From positions 4,318-41,575 of the forward strand of contig CAZFWQ010000002.1 of assembly GCA_964522755.1 (NCBI GenBank): a stretch of 37,258 bases of DNA. Direction: 5' to 3'. The notes under the pieces were generated by a model. The model was not told the DNA's origin and did not search any database. It saw nothing but the letters and a program-made list of their open reading frames with translations. Source of the DNA: an uncultured Oscillospiraceae bacterium (lineage in GTDB: Bacteria; Bacillota; Clostridia; DSM-8532). Both the position numbers and the translations under genes were made by a program. The first letter of the stretch is position 1. Each line of letters begins with the position of its first letter. Positions 19,068 to 27,496 of the stretch are shown one piece after another.

Positions 19068-19408
19068 TCTGCTTCCTTCGGATTCCCAACCGTCGTTCCG
19101 GATCATAATCAAACAGGTCGTGATGTATCGGACACATGATCACCTATCCTAATACTATAATCCTATTTTATGGACTTTGTGTATTTTTTCGGAAATCAGT
19201 ACCGAACGGCTCTCTGATACAAGCGGCATGATCCGATTGTTTACAAACTGTTCACTGTTTTCCCAGCTTATTCTCATCATTGCGTGGTACATTGATGACA
19301 GAAGCATTTGCACGGCTTCCGGCTTGGTTTATCCAATCGGAACGGGATGCGGGTATCCCTTGCGGCAGTGCATGGGCGGTTGTTCTCCGGTAGGGGAGGG
19401 GGAGTATC

Positions 19409-21004
19409 ATGGGCTGGGAAGAAGGTTGGGAAGCGGGTTTGAGTGAAGTAAACAACCAGGGGCCGCCTGTGGGGAAGCAGGATGGACCCGGACCGGACAT
19501 CCTGCGATGCGAATCCGAAACAATTCAAGACGAATCCGAAACAATTCAGGGTGAATCCGAAACAATTCAGGATGAATCTGAAACAATTATTGATGAATCT
19601 GAAACAATTCTAGACGAAACTGATTCAATAAAAAGCGAATCCGAAACAATTCAGGGAGAATCCAAATCAATTGCGGAAGCGCATGGATATGCGGCCGTGA
19701 CAGAGCCTGTCCAGCTTTGGAGCAATAACACCTCTCCCGGAAGGCGTCAAAAAATCGGCCGTCGCAGCAGAATATGGAAACAGATGGCTGCCGCGGCATT
19801 GGTCCTTGCCCTGATAACTGGCTCTGTGGCTGGAGTCTCGTTTTTCAACCGGCTCAATGACGAACTTGGTCGGCAATCGGTGCTGGTCGGCAGCCTATCA
19901 CAGCAGCTTGCAGACCAGAAACTGGCTCTTTCCCAATCGGAGACCGCACTCGGATTGGCACGTGACCTGTCATCGAGGGTGGATGCGCTAAACCGCGCCA
20001 ACCTTTCCGGCAGCACGGCACCCGATGCGGACATGACGAAGGCTGTGCTCGCCCAGGGCTCAACCGTCACGGACATCGCCAGGCAAGTCGGCCCTTCCGT
20101 TGTCGGCATCCGGATGACGATGACGATGAACAGCCGCCGGTACCAGGCGAACCAGGCAACCAGTGAGGGTTCCGGCATCATCATCAGTGCGGACGGCTAC
20201 ATCATGACGAATTACCATGTGGTCAGCTATGCCGATCCGAAAGCTGGAAACAGCAAGGCAACCACCCTGGAAGTCTTTCTGCCTGACGGGCGTTCCGAAA
20301 AAGCGAAGTTTGTAGGCGGGGACAGTGAAAACGATCTGGCTGTTGTCAAAATCGACTTGACCAAGCTCAGTGTCGCGGCATTGGGCAATTCCAAGGAACT
20401 GCAGGTCGGCGAACTGGCGGTGGCCATAGGCAATCCGCTCGGAATGGAGTTCGCAGGTTCGGTCACGGTTGGCGTGGTATCCGCCCTGAACCGCAAGGTC
20501 GCCGGACAGGAGGGTTCCCTGAACCTCATCCAGACGGATGCGGCCATCAATCCAGGCAACAGTGGTGGCGCCCTTGTGAATTCAAGGGGGCAGGTGATAG
20601 GAATCAATTCCGCGAAAATATCCCAGACAGGCGTCGAGGGGCTCGGTTTCGCCATCGCCATCGACGATGCCAGGCCGATTGTCCAGTCGCTCATCCTGTA
20701 CGGGTATGTGAAGAACCGTCCTTATCTCGGCATTACCGGACAGGATATCACGGATGTCATGGCGACCATGTACAACGTGCCGGTGGGCGTTTACGTGACG
20801 GAAATCGATCCGGCCAGCGGCGCCGCAAAGGCTGGAGTCAGGACGGGCGACATCATCACGGAAGTTGCGGGAAAACCCGTGACCACGATGGCAGAGCTCA
20901 ATTTAGTGAAGAAGGCCTACAAGGCAGGAGATACTGTTACATTCACGCTGATGCGCGACACGCAGAAGCTGACGGTGAAGGTGGTTTTTTCTGAAGCGAA
21001 ATAA
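19409..21004 (+). CDS. htrA: HtrA/DegP-family (S1C) serine protease with one TM anchor and C-terminal PDZ domain
   Basis: ORF track; SD GGAGGGGGAG. Catalytic triad contexts: TNYHVV, NDLAVVKI, GNSGGAL. TM segment AAAALVLALITGSVAGVSFF. PDZ-like tail. Confidence 0.9.
   Translation: MGWEEGWEAGLSEVNNQGPPVGKQDGPGPDILRCESETIQDESETIQGESETIQDESETIIDESETILDETDSIKSESETIQGESKSIAEAHGYAAVTEPVQLWSNNTSPGRRQKIGRRSRIWKQMAAAALVLALITGSVAGVSFFNRLNDELGRQSVLVGSLSQQLADQKLALSQSETALGLARDLSSRVDALNRANLSGSTAPDADMTKAVLAQGSTVTDIARQVGPSVVGIRMTMTMNSRRYQANQATSEGSGIIISADGYIMTNYHVVSYADPKAGNSKATTLEVFLPDGRSEKAKFVGGDSENDLAVVKIDLTKLSVAALGNSKELQVGELAVAIGNPLGMEFAGSVTVGVVSALNRKVAGQEGSLNLIQTDAAINPGNSGGALVNSRGQVIGINSAKISQTGVEGLGFAIAIDDARPIVQSLILYGYVKNRPYLGITGQDITDVMATMYNVPVGVYVTEIDPASGAAKAGVRTGDIITEVAGKPVTTMAELNLVKKAYKAGDTVTFTLMRDTQKLTVKVVFSEAK
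19511..19678 (+). repeat. Eight tandem in-frame copies of a 21-nt unit inside htrA (encodes ESETIQD-type heptads)
   Basis: Units start at 19511, 19532, 19553, 19574, 19595, 19616, 19637 and 19658. Copies 1, 2, 3 and 7 share an identical first 17 nt, GAATCCGAAACAATTCA. Confidence 0.95.
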
Positions 21005-21112
21005 CAACATTTCGTAGAGATGGCTATTTCCAGGAACGGGGCCAGGAACGGGGCGGTCTGTTCCAGGTTGCATTGCTTCGATGTACCTGCCAGTCTGGTC
21101 CATCCGGCGCGA

Positions 21113-22327
21113 TTATGCCGCCCGTTCGAATTTCCCCTGCCGCATCAGGGCGAAGACACATCCGAAAGCCGCCAGCAGCAGGATGCATCCCAATACCCCA
21201 ATGCCCGCGGCATAGCTGAAGACATCGCTTATGGCCCCGATGGCAGGGGGCCCGAACGTCTGCCCGACATCCATCAGGGTGCTCAGGATGCCCAGCGAGG
21301 CACCGAGCTGGCCTTTGCGCGCGACATCCGCCGCCAATGCGCTTGTGCTTGCGGTAATCAATGCAAATCCCAGCCCATAGACCAGTATCAGGGGAGCAAT
21401 GGCATAGGCCGGTTTCAAAACAGCCAGGAGGAAGAAGGAAAGCGTGCAGGTCAGCAGGCCGGCAACCATCATCGGCAGGCGGCCAAACCGATCCGAGGCC
21501 CGGCCGAACAAAGGTTTGAAAAGGATGATGCCTGCCAGCTGTATTCCCAGAAGAAGTCCGATTTGACCGGTTGTGAGGCCGCGTTGCTTCGCATAAAGCG
21601 GGAAGATCATTTCAAAGGCTCCATATGAAAAATAGGCACAGGCATCAAGAATGCCGACCAACAGGAGCGGCCGGTATTTCAGCAATCCCCACAACTTCCT
21701 GAAAAACGAAATCTGGAGGGCATCGTCCTTTTTCAAGTGGGCAGCCTCTTTGTTTTCAGTCCCTCCAGGTTTGCGGAAGAACCATGCAGCCGCAGCCAAA
21801 GCCAGAATGCCGGCGACCCCGGCGATGAGATACACGCTGATCGGGCCTCCGAATTCATAAGCGGCTCCCCCGACTGTTGGCGCCAAAGCCCGGCCGACCA
21901 TGGTCGCGGATGAATACAGGGATAAGTTCTGACCGGTGTTGCGGCCGCTGAAAGCCGCAATGGCCGCCATTGCGACGGGACCGAAGGCGGCGGTTGCAAA
22001 TCCGTGATAGAAACGAGCTGCCCCCAGGCCCAGCGGATCCCGCACCAGCAGGTAGAAGAACGGCGCGCTTGCGAAGATGAGCAGGGAACCCATGAGGATT
22101 TTCTTGTATCCGTACCTGTCAGCCAAATCACCGGCGAGATAGCTGACAAGAATGCCGGGGATGGTCGAAGCCGATGCAATCCAACCGATTTGAGCACCCG
22201 TTGCTCCAAGGCTCTTGGCGAAAAGAGGCAGAATCGGCGATTTTGATATGGTGGAACTGAAAATGGCCAATGCCCCGCAGCAGCCGATCATCAGAATCAT
22301 GCGCATCCCGTCCGGGATTTTCCTCAT
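21113..22327 (-). CDS. MFS transporter
   Basis: ORF 21113..22489. Preferred start is ATG 22327 (MRKIPDGMRMILMIGCCGAL...). About 12 hydrophobic segments. DRYGYKK and DRFGRL loop motifs typical of MFS. Confidence 0.8.
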   Translation of the reverse strand: MRKIPDGMRMILMIGCCGALAIFSSTISKSPILPLFAKSLGATGAQIGWIASASTIPGILVSYLAGDLADRYGYKKILMGSLLIFASAPFFYLLVRDPLGLGAARFYHGFATAAFGPVAMAAIAAFSGRNTGQNLSLYSSATMVGRALAPTVGGAAYEFGGPISVYLIAGVAGILALAAAAWFFRKPGGTENKEAAHLKKDDALQISFFRKLWGLLKYRPLLLVGILDACAYFSYGAFEMIFPLYAKQRGLTTGQIGLLLGIQLAGIILFKPLFGRASDRFGRLPMMVAGLLTCTLSFFLLAVLKPAYAIAPLILVYGLGFALITASTSALAADVARKGQLGASLGILSTLMDVGQTFGPPAIGAISDVFSYAAGIGVLGCILLLAAFGCVFALMRQGKFERAA

Positions 22328-22385
22328 GGTCCATCCTTCCCGAATGTCAACGGCCATATGGAGCGGCTCAACGGAACTGTCTGTT

Positions 22386-23435
22386 TCAGCCTCCGAATGC
22401 GATGACAGTCTTGATGATGTCCCTCTTGTTCTCGGATGAAAAACGCATTGCTTCAATTGTCTGTTCGAACGGGAACGTATTGGTGACAATCCGCTTCACA
22501 GGAATCAATCCGGATGCCACGGCACGAATAGCCGTGGGATACAGGTTCCGATACCGGAATACCGTGCTGATGGAAGCCTCCTTGCCCATGAGCGCGCCGA
22601 AGTCGAATGGCATTACCGAATCCGGCGCCATGCCGACAAGGACGATGCGCCCGCCTCTTGCGACAAGATCCACGGTTTGCCTGGTGGCAACGGTGCTGCC
22701 TGCCGTCTCGAAGACGCAGTCGACGCCGCGGCCGCCAGTCGCGTCCATCAGGGCTTCCGTCACATTCAGCGCGTCTGCTTTCCATGCGGCGTCGGCTCCA
22801 AGGGTCGAGGCCATGTCAAGCCGTTTCTGCAGTACGTCCGTCATGTATATCGAAGCAACGCCGCGTGCCCTGAGGGCCAGCATCGTACATAGCCCGATGC
22901 AGCCGGATCCCAGGACGGCGGCCGTCTCGCCGATGGAGGCGCCGGCCTGCGCGGCAGCATGAAGCCCGACCGACAGGGGTTCGATAAGCGCGCCCTCCAT
23001 GGTGTCCATGCCGCCCGGAAGTTTGAAGACAACCTGGGCCGGATAGGCGACGTATTCGCAGAACGCGCCGTCATATGGCGGCGTGGCCATGAAAACCACA
23101 TCCGGGCAGAGGTTGTATTTGCCGCTGCGACAGAATTCACAGGTGCCGCAGGTCCAGCCGGGTTCAATGGCAACCTTGTCACCAGGCAGAAAGCCCTTCA
23201 CGGCAGAACCAAAGGCGGCCACCTCGCCGCCGCATTCATGGCCGAGTATCATCGGCTTGTCAACCACATAGCTTCCGATGCGCCCGTGCTCATAGTAATG
23301 CAGGTCCGAACCGCAGATGCCGACATGACGGATGCGGACAAGCACTTCATTGTCTTTCGGTACCGGAACGGGCCGGGTTTGCATTTCGATCCTGCCGATT
23401 CCCGTCATGACGGCAGCTCGCATGAATTGTTCCAT
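22386..23435 (-). CDS. Zn-dependent medium-chain polyol/alcohol dehydrogenase (sorbitol / L-iditol dehydrogenase-like)
   Basis: ORF 22386..23492. Preferred start is ATG 23435 (MEQFMRAAVMTG...) after GGGGAGGAG. Motifs: GICGSDLHYY, GHECGGEV, structural-Zn Cys cluster CGTCEFCRSGKYNLC, Rossmann VLGSGCIGL. Confidence 0.85.
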   Translation of the reverse strand: MEQFMRAAVMTGIGRIEMQTRPVPVPKDNEVLVRIRHVGICGSDLHYYEHGRIGSYVVDKPMILGHECGGEVAAFGSAVKGFLPGDKVAIEPGWTCGTCEFCRSGKYNLCPDVVFMATPPYDGAFCEYVAYPAQVVFKLPGGMDTMEGALIEPLSVGLHAAAQAGASIGETAAVLGSGCIGLCTMLALRARGVASIYMTDVLQKRLDMASTLGADAAWKADALNVTEALMDATGGRGVDCVFETAGSTVATRQTVDLVARGGRIVLVGMAPDSVMPFDFGALMGKEASISTVFRYRNLYPTAIRAVASGLIPVKRIVTNTFPFEQTIEAMRFSSENKRDIIKTVIAFGG

Positions 23436-23524
23436 ATAGGCTCCTCCCCTGTGCTGGCAATTTTTGTGCGGTATGTGGCGAGGACCGGGCAACCGTGTGC
23501 ACGCCCCTCCTCTTTCACCCGCTC

Positions 23525-23553
23525 ATCATATCGAAGTGTCGCGCGCCTGTAAA
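23525..23553 (-). promoter_or_regulatory. Sigma-A-type promoter for the dehydrogenase-MFS operon
   Basis: On the minus strand: TTTACA (23553-23548), a 17-nt spacer, then TATGAT (23530-25). It sits about 90 nt upstream of the ATG at 23435. Confidence 0.5.
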
Positions 23554-23751
23554 CGGGGACGGGATATTTGTATTCCCATCATTTTTTGGACGTCGCTTTT
23601 GTGCATGTGCCTGGTTCATATGCGGATCCATTGCCATATCAGCTGTATTCTCCCTTCGGCACCCATTTGCCGGATCATGAAAACACCATTGAAAAACCTT
23701 GTCGAATAGAGTAGGCTTATAAAGCACATGTTGTACATGGCATTTTCTTTT

Positions 23752-23767
23752 ACACCATATCCTGTGT
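23752..23767. promoter_or_regulatory. Candidate NrdR box upstream of nrdJ
   Basis: ACACCATATCCTGTGT matches the published 16-bp NrdR palindrome consensus (acaCwAtATaTwgtgt) at 13 of 16 positions by my count. It lies 19 nt upstream of the nrdJ ATG. I found no convincing second box at the usual 31-32 bp spacing. Confidence 0.35.
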
Positions 23768-23785
23768 TTATCGGAGGCAACAATC

Positions 23786-26700
23786 ATGGCACTATCGGAT
23801 AACGCCATCAAAGTACTGGAGAAGCGCTACCTGGCGAGAGACGTTGAAAACAAGCTTGTCGAAACCCCGGAAGCCATGTTCCGCCGTGTGGCGCACGCAG
23901 TGGCGGCTGCCGACGAAGGGCTGGTTTCCGAATCGAAACGCAAGGAGACAGAGGAAGAATTCTATAGCCTCATGATGGACATGGAGTTCCTGCCCAATTC
24001 ACCGACGCTGATGAACGCGGGACGCCCGCTCGGACAGTTGTCGGCCTGCTTTGTCCTGCCGGTCGGCGACAGCATGGAAGAGATCTTCGACAGCGTGAAA
24101 AATGCGGCACTCATCCACAAGAGCGGAGGGGGGACGGGTTTTTCATTTTCCCGCCTGCGCCAGAAGGGGGCCACGGTCAACTCCACAGGTGGAGTCGCGT
24201 CCGGACCGGTCTCTTTCATGAAGGTCTTCAACGCCGCCACGGAAGCCGTGAAACAGGGCGGAACCCGGCGGGGGGCCAATATGGGCATCCTGCGCGTGGA
24301 CCATCCGGACATCCTCGAGTTCATTTCCTGCAAGCAGGACAATGCCGACATCACGAACTTCAACATATCCGTCGGACTTACCGAGTCATTCATGGATGCT
24401 GTCGAGGCAGGGGCCGATTACGACCTGATTGATCCGAAAAACAAAAAGCCGGTGAGGCAGCTCAATGCCCGCACGGTTTTTGAAACGATGGTGAAAAGCG
24501 CCTGGAAGAACGGCGAGCCGGGCATGATCTTCCTGGACCGCCTGAACCGCTTCAATGTGACGCCCGCGCTCGGGGAGATCGAATCCACGAATCCCTGCGT
24601 CACAGGCGATACCTGGGTACTCACGCAAGAGGGTCCCCGTACGGTGCTTGATGTTTTGGGGAAACAGGCAAATCTAGCCCTTCACGGAGTTTATCATCCA
24701 ACCACGGCGGACGGGTTTTTCAAAACCGGCAGCAAGCAAGTGTTCCAGATCCTTACCGACAGGGGTTATTCCATTAAGGCAACAGCCGACCATTTGGTTC
24801 GAACGGTGACAGACATGACGCGATTTTCCAGGGAGGAAACCTGGACGCCGGCAGGAGCCTTGAAACCCGGTGACCGCATCGTGCTGTCTTCCAACAGAAA
24901 CCTGTCCTGGACCGGAAAAGGAACCGAGGAAGAAGGATTCCTGCTTGGGCTTCTTTTGGGTGATGGGACTTTGAAAACGGAAGGCGGGGTCATATCCGTC
25001 TGGGGTGAGGATGAAAATGCAGCAACACTGATGAAGGCCGCAGGGGAAGCTGCCGGCACATTGCCTCATCGTATTGATTTTCGCGGATTCCAGACCATGG
25101 ATTCGGGACGCAGGGAACATCGGATGAGAATGTCCTCCCTAAGGGACCTCGCGGCAGATTTCGGGATGTTCCCAGGCCACAAGAAAGTATCTCCTCTTCT
25201 GGAGCAGACAAGTTCGATGTTTCATGAAGGATTTCTGCGCGGCCTGTTCGATTCGGATGGAAAAGTAGCCGGTTCCCAGGAAAAGGGGGTATCAGTCCGG
25301 CTATTGCAGCATGATATTCCTGTCTTGTGCACGGTACAGAACATGCTCCATCGTCTTGGCATTGCATCCACCGTATATGCGGACCGGAAAGACGCATGCA
25401 TGAAGTCAATGCCTGATGGCAAAGGCGGGAATGCATGTTATGAAACCACAGCGGGGCATGAATTAATCATCTCGGGGGAGAATCTGAAAATATTTTCCGA
25501 CCGCATCGGTTTCGGGAGTATTGGCAAACAGAAACAGCTTGACGCCCTCTTGGCGGACTATAAGCGAAGCTTGAACCGTGAACGCTTCGTTGCAACGGTT
25601 ACGGGCATCAACCCGTGTGGCTTTGAAGATGTATATGACGTGCAGATTCCGGAGATCAACGCTTTCGACGCCAACGGAATCATGGTTCACAATTGCGGGG
25701 AGCAGCCGCTGCTTCCGTTTGAGGCATGCAACCTTGGATCCATCAACCTGAGCCTGCTGGTGCTGAAGACAGCCGGGAAGGCCGAGGTGGATTATCCCAG
25801 GCTTACGCGCATCGTGCGCACGGCAGTCCATTTTCTGGACAATGTCATCGATGTGAATAAGTATCCGTTGCCGGACATCGACAAAATGACGCGCGGCACG
25901 CGCAAGATCGGGCTTGGCGTGATGGGTTGGGCGGATATGCTGCTGCAGCTCGGCATCCCGTACGACTCGGATGAAGCGGAAGCGCTTGCCCGCAAGGTGA
26001 TGGGCCATGTGCAGGACGCGTCCCACGCCGCGAGCGTCAAGCTCGCGCAGGAAAAAGGAGTGTTTCCGTTCTGGCAGGACAGCATTTACAAGGCGCAGGG
26101 CATCGCGCTTCGCAACGCGACCACCACCACCATCGCGCCTACGGGGACACTGAGCATGATTGCGGGCGTATCAAGCGGTGTCGAGCCCATGTTCGCCATC
26201 GCCTACATCAAGAATGTCATGGACGGGACCGAGTTGTTCGAGACGAACCCGTATTTCAGACAGGCCGCGGAAGAGGGCGGGTTCTATTCGGAAGGGCTTA
26301 TGAAACGCGTCGTGGCCGCCGGCACGCTGCATGGCATGGATGATGTGCCGGAACCCATCCGCCGCCTGTATGTCACAGCCCACGACATTTCCCCGGAATG
26401 GCATGTGCGGATGCAGGCCGCGTTCCAGGCCTTTACCGACAATGCCGTGTCAAAGACGGTCAACCTTTCTCATGAAGCCACGGAAGACGATGTGCGGGAA
26501 GTGTTCATTCAGGCTTATCGAACGGGCTGCAAGGGCGTGACCATTTATCGCGACGGGTCGCGCGGACTCCAGGTGCTGAACATCGGCAGCGTGAATGCGG
26601 AGAAGAAAGCCGAATCAACCGGAATGGCGGCAGCGGGAGCATCCGGTGCGGCCAAGGCCGTCAAGGCGGCCGGAAGCCTTCCCCCAGCTGCGGGAAGGGC

Positions 26701-27496
26701 GACCGGCTCCATCGGCGCTTCGGCCCCGGACGCGCCGGTACAGCCTGTTGCGGCGGAAAATGCGGGCGTCGGCAATGCCGTTCCCAATTACGGTCACATC
26801 GCTCCCCGTCCGCGTCCTGAAATTACCACCGGGTTCACGGAAAAGGTGAAAATCGGCTGCGGGAACCTTTATATCACGGTCAATTACGATGAGAACGGCA
26901 TCTGCGAAGTGTTCACGAACACGGGCCGCGCAGGCGGATGCCCATCCCAGTCCGAAGCGACCAGCCGGCTGGTGTCCATCGCGCTTCGGTCGGGAATGGA
27001 TGAAAAGGCGATTGTGGAACAGCTCAAGGGCATCCGCTGCCCGTCCACCATTCGTCAGAAGGGGCTGAAGGTGCTGTCCTGTCCGGACGCAATCGGAAGG
27101 CTCATAGAGAAGGTCAGCAACCACCGCAACGGAAACGGCTCGGTGCATGCGGAAATCGCGGCGCCTGCCGCCCAGCGTTTCATCCGCCCCATGCCGGACC
27201 TGGTTCGTCCGCAAGAGGAGGATGTTCCGGATGGAAAAACCAGGTCTGCGGGCGTGCCTGCAGACAATGTGTCCGTCGGCATGCCTTCTGCCAATGCGCC
27301 TGCAGGCGCATCAGCCTTGTCATGGGGAAGGGCCGCGGGAAGCCCGGCAGATGCCAGGGCACGCATTGCCCTGATGGAAGAGGACGAGGACCTGCAGGGA
27401 AACTTCAGCCACGATTGCCCGGAATGCGGCGAAGTGATGGAACATGAAGGCGGTTGCAGGATCTGCCGGAGCTGCGGCTATTCGAAGTGCGGATGA
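23786..27496 (+). CDS. nrdJ: Class II (adenosylcobalamin-dependent) ribonucleotide reductase, intein-containing, with TSCPD domain and C-terminal Cys4 zinc ribbon
   Basis: ORF track; SD GGAGG. Conserved motifs: LPNSPTLMNAG, LSACFVL, HKSGGGTGFSFSRLR, GGTRRGANMGIL, TNP[intein]CGEQPLLPFEACNLGSINL, TTIAPTGT. TSCPD-like segment IGCGNLYITVNY...GGCPSQSEA. Terminal CPECG...CRICRSCGYSKCG. Confidence 0.93.
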   Translation: MALSDNAIKVLEKRYLARDVENKLVETPEAMFRRVAHAVAAADEGLVSESKRKETEEEFYSLMMDMEFLPNSPTLMNAGRPLGQLSACFVLPVGDSMEEIFDSVKNAALIHKSGGGTGFSFSRLRQKGATVNSTGGVASGPVSFMKVFNAATEAVKQGGTRRGANMGILRVDHPDILEFISCKQDNADITNFNISVGLTESFMDAVEAGADYDLIDPKNKKPVRQLNARTVFETMVKSAWKNGEPGMIFLDRLNRFNVTPALGEIESTNPCVTGDTWVLTQEGPRTVLDVLGKQANLALHGVYHPTTADGFFKTGSKQVFQILTDRGYSIKATADHLVRTVTDMTRFSREETWTPAGALKPGDRIVLSSNRNLSWTGKGTEEEGFLLGLLLGDGTLKTEGGVISVWGEDENAATLMKAAGEAAGTLPHRIDFRGFQTMDSGRREHRMRMSSLRDLAADFGMFPGHKKVSPLLEQTSSMFHEGFLRGLFDSDGKVAGSQEKGVSVRLLQHDIPVLCTVQNMLHRLGIASTVYADRKDACMKSMPDGKGGNACYETTAGHELIISGENLKIFSDRIGFGSIGKQKQLDALLADYKRSLNRERFVATVTGINPCGFEDVYDVQIPEINAFDANGIMVHNCGEQPLLPFEACNLGSINLSLLVLKTAGKAEVDYPRLTRIVRTAVHFLDNVIDVNKYPLPDIDKMTRGTRKIGLGVMGWADMLLQLGIPYDSDEAEALARKVMGHVQDASHAASVKLAQEKGVFPFWQDSIYKAQGIALRNATTTTIAPTGTLSMIAGVSSGVEPMFAIAYIKNVMDGTELFETNPYFRQAAEEGGFYSEGLMKRVVAAGTLHGMDDVPEPIRRLYVTAHDISPEWHVRMQAAFQAFTDNAVSKTVNLSHEATEDDVREVFIQAYRTGCKGVTIYRDGSRGLQVLNIGSVNAEKKAESTGMAAAGASGAAKAVKAAGSLPPAAGRATGSIGASAPDAPVQPVAAENAGVGNAVPNYGHIAPRPRPEITTGFTEKVKIGCGNLYITVNYDENGICEVFTNTGRAGGCPSQSEATSRLVSIALRSGMDEKAIVEQLKGIRCPSTIRQKGLKVLSCPDAIGRLIEKVSNHRNGNGSVHAEIAAPAAQRFIRPMPDLVRPQEEDVPDGKTRSAGVPADNVSVGMPSANAPAGASALSWGRAAGSPADARARIALMEEDEDLQGNFSHDCPECGEVMEHEGGCRICRSCGYSKCG
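24596..25693 (+). mobile_element. Intein (366 aa) with LAGLIDADG homing-endonuclease domain, inserted in NrdJ before the catalytic Cys
   Basis: It starts CVTGDTWVL and ends GIMVHN, and is followed by Cys+1 (CGEQ). Block B is TADH. Two LAGLIDADG motifs: GFLLGLLLGDGTL and GFLRGLFDSDGKV. Length is 1098 nt, in frame. Excision restores the TNPCGEQ motif. Confidence 0.9.

Noticed and set aside
19511-19678. CRISPR-like or minisatellite non-coding array.
   Set aside because: The units are directly abutting with no spacers. The period is 21 nt, in frame within a continuous ORF that has a strong SD and start. This is a coding tandem repeat, not CRISPR.
23720-23739. A second NrdR box paired with the box at 23752-23767.
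   Set aside because: 16-mers centred 28-32 bp upstream match the consensus at only a few positions. The sequence there is a different palindrome (CATGT-N3-ACATG), so I did not call a tandem NrdR site.
23436-23785. Cobalamin riboswitch in the long intergenic region upstream of nrdJ (also considered for 5869..6002 upstream of nrdA).
   Set aside because: I found no B12-box-like element or the conserved GCCACTG / GGTGAAA-type core sequences on either strand. The nrdA leader is also too short. A covariance-model scan would still be the decisive test.
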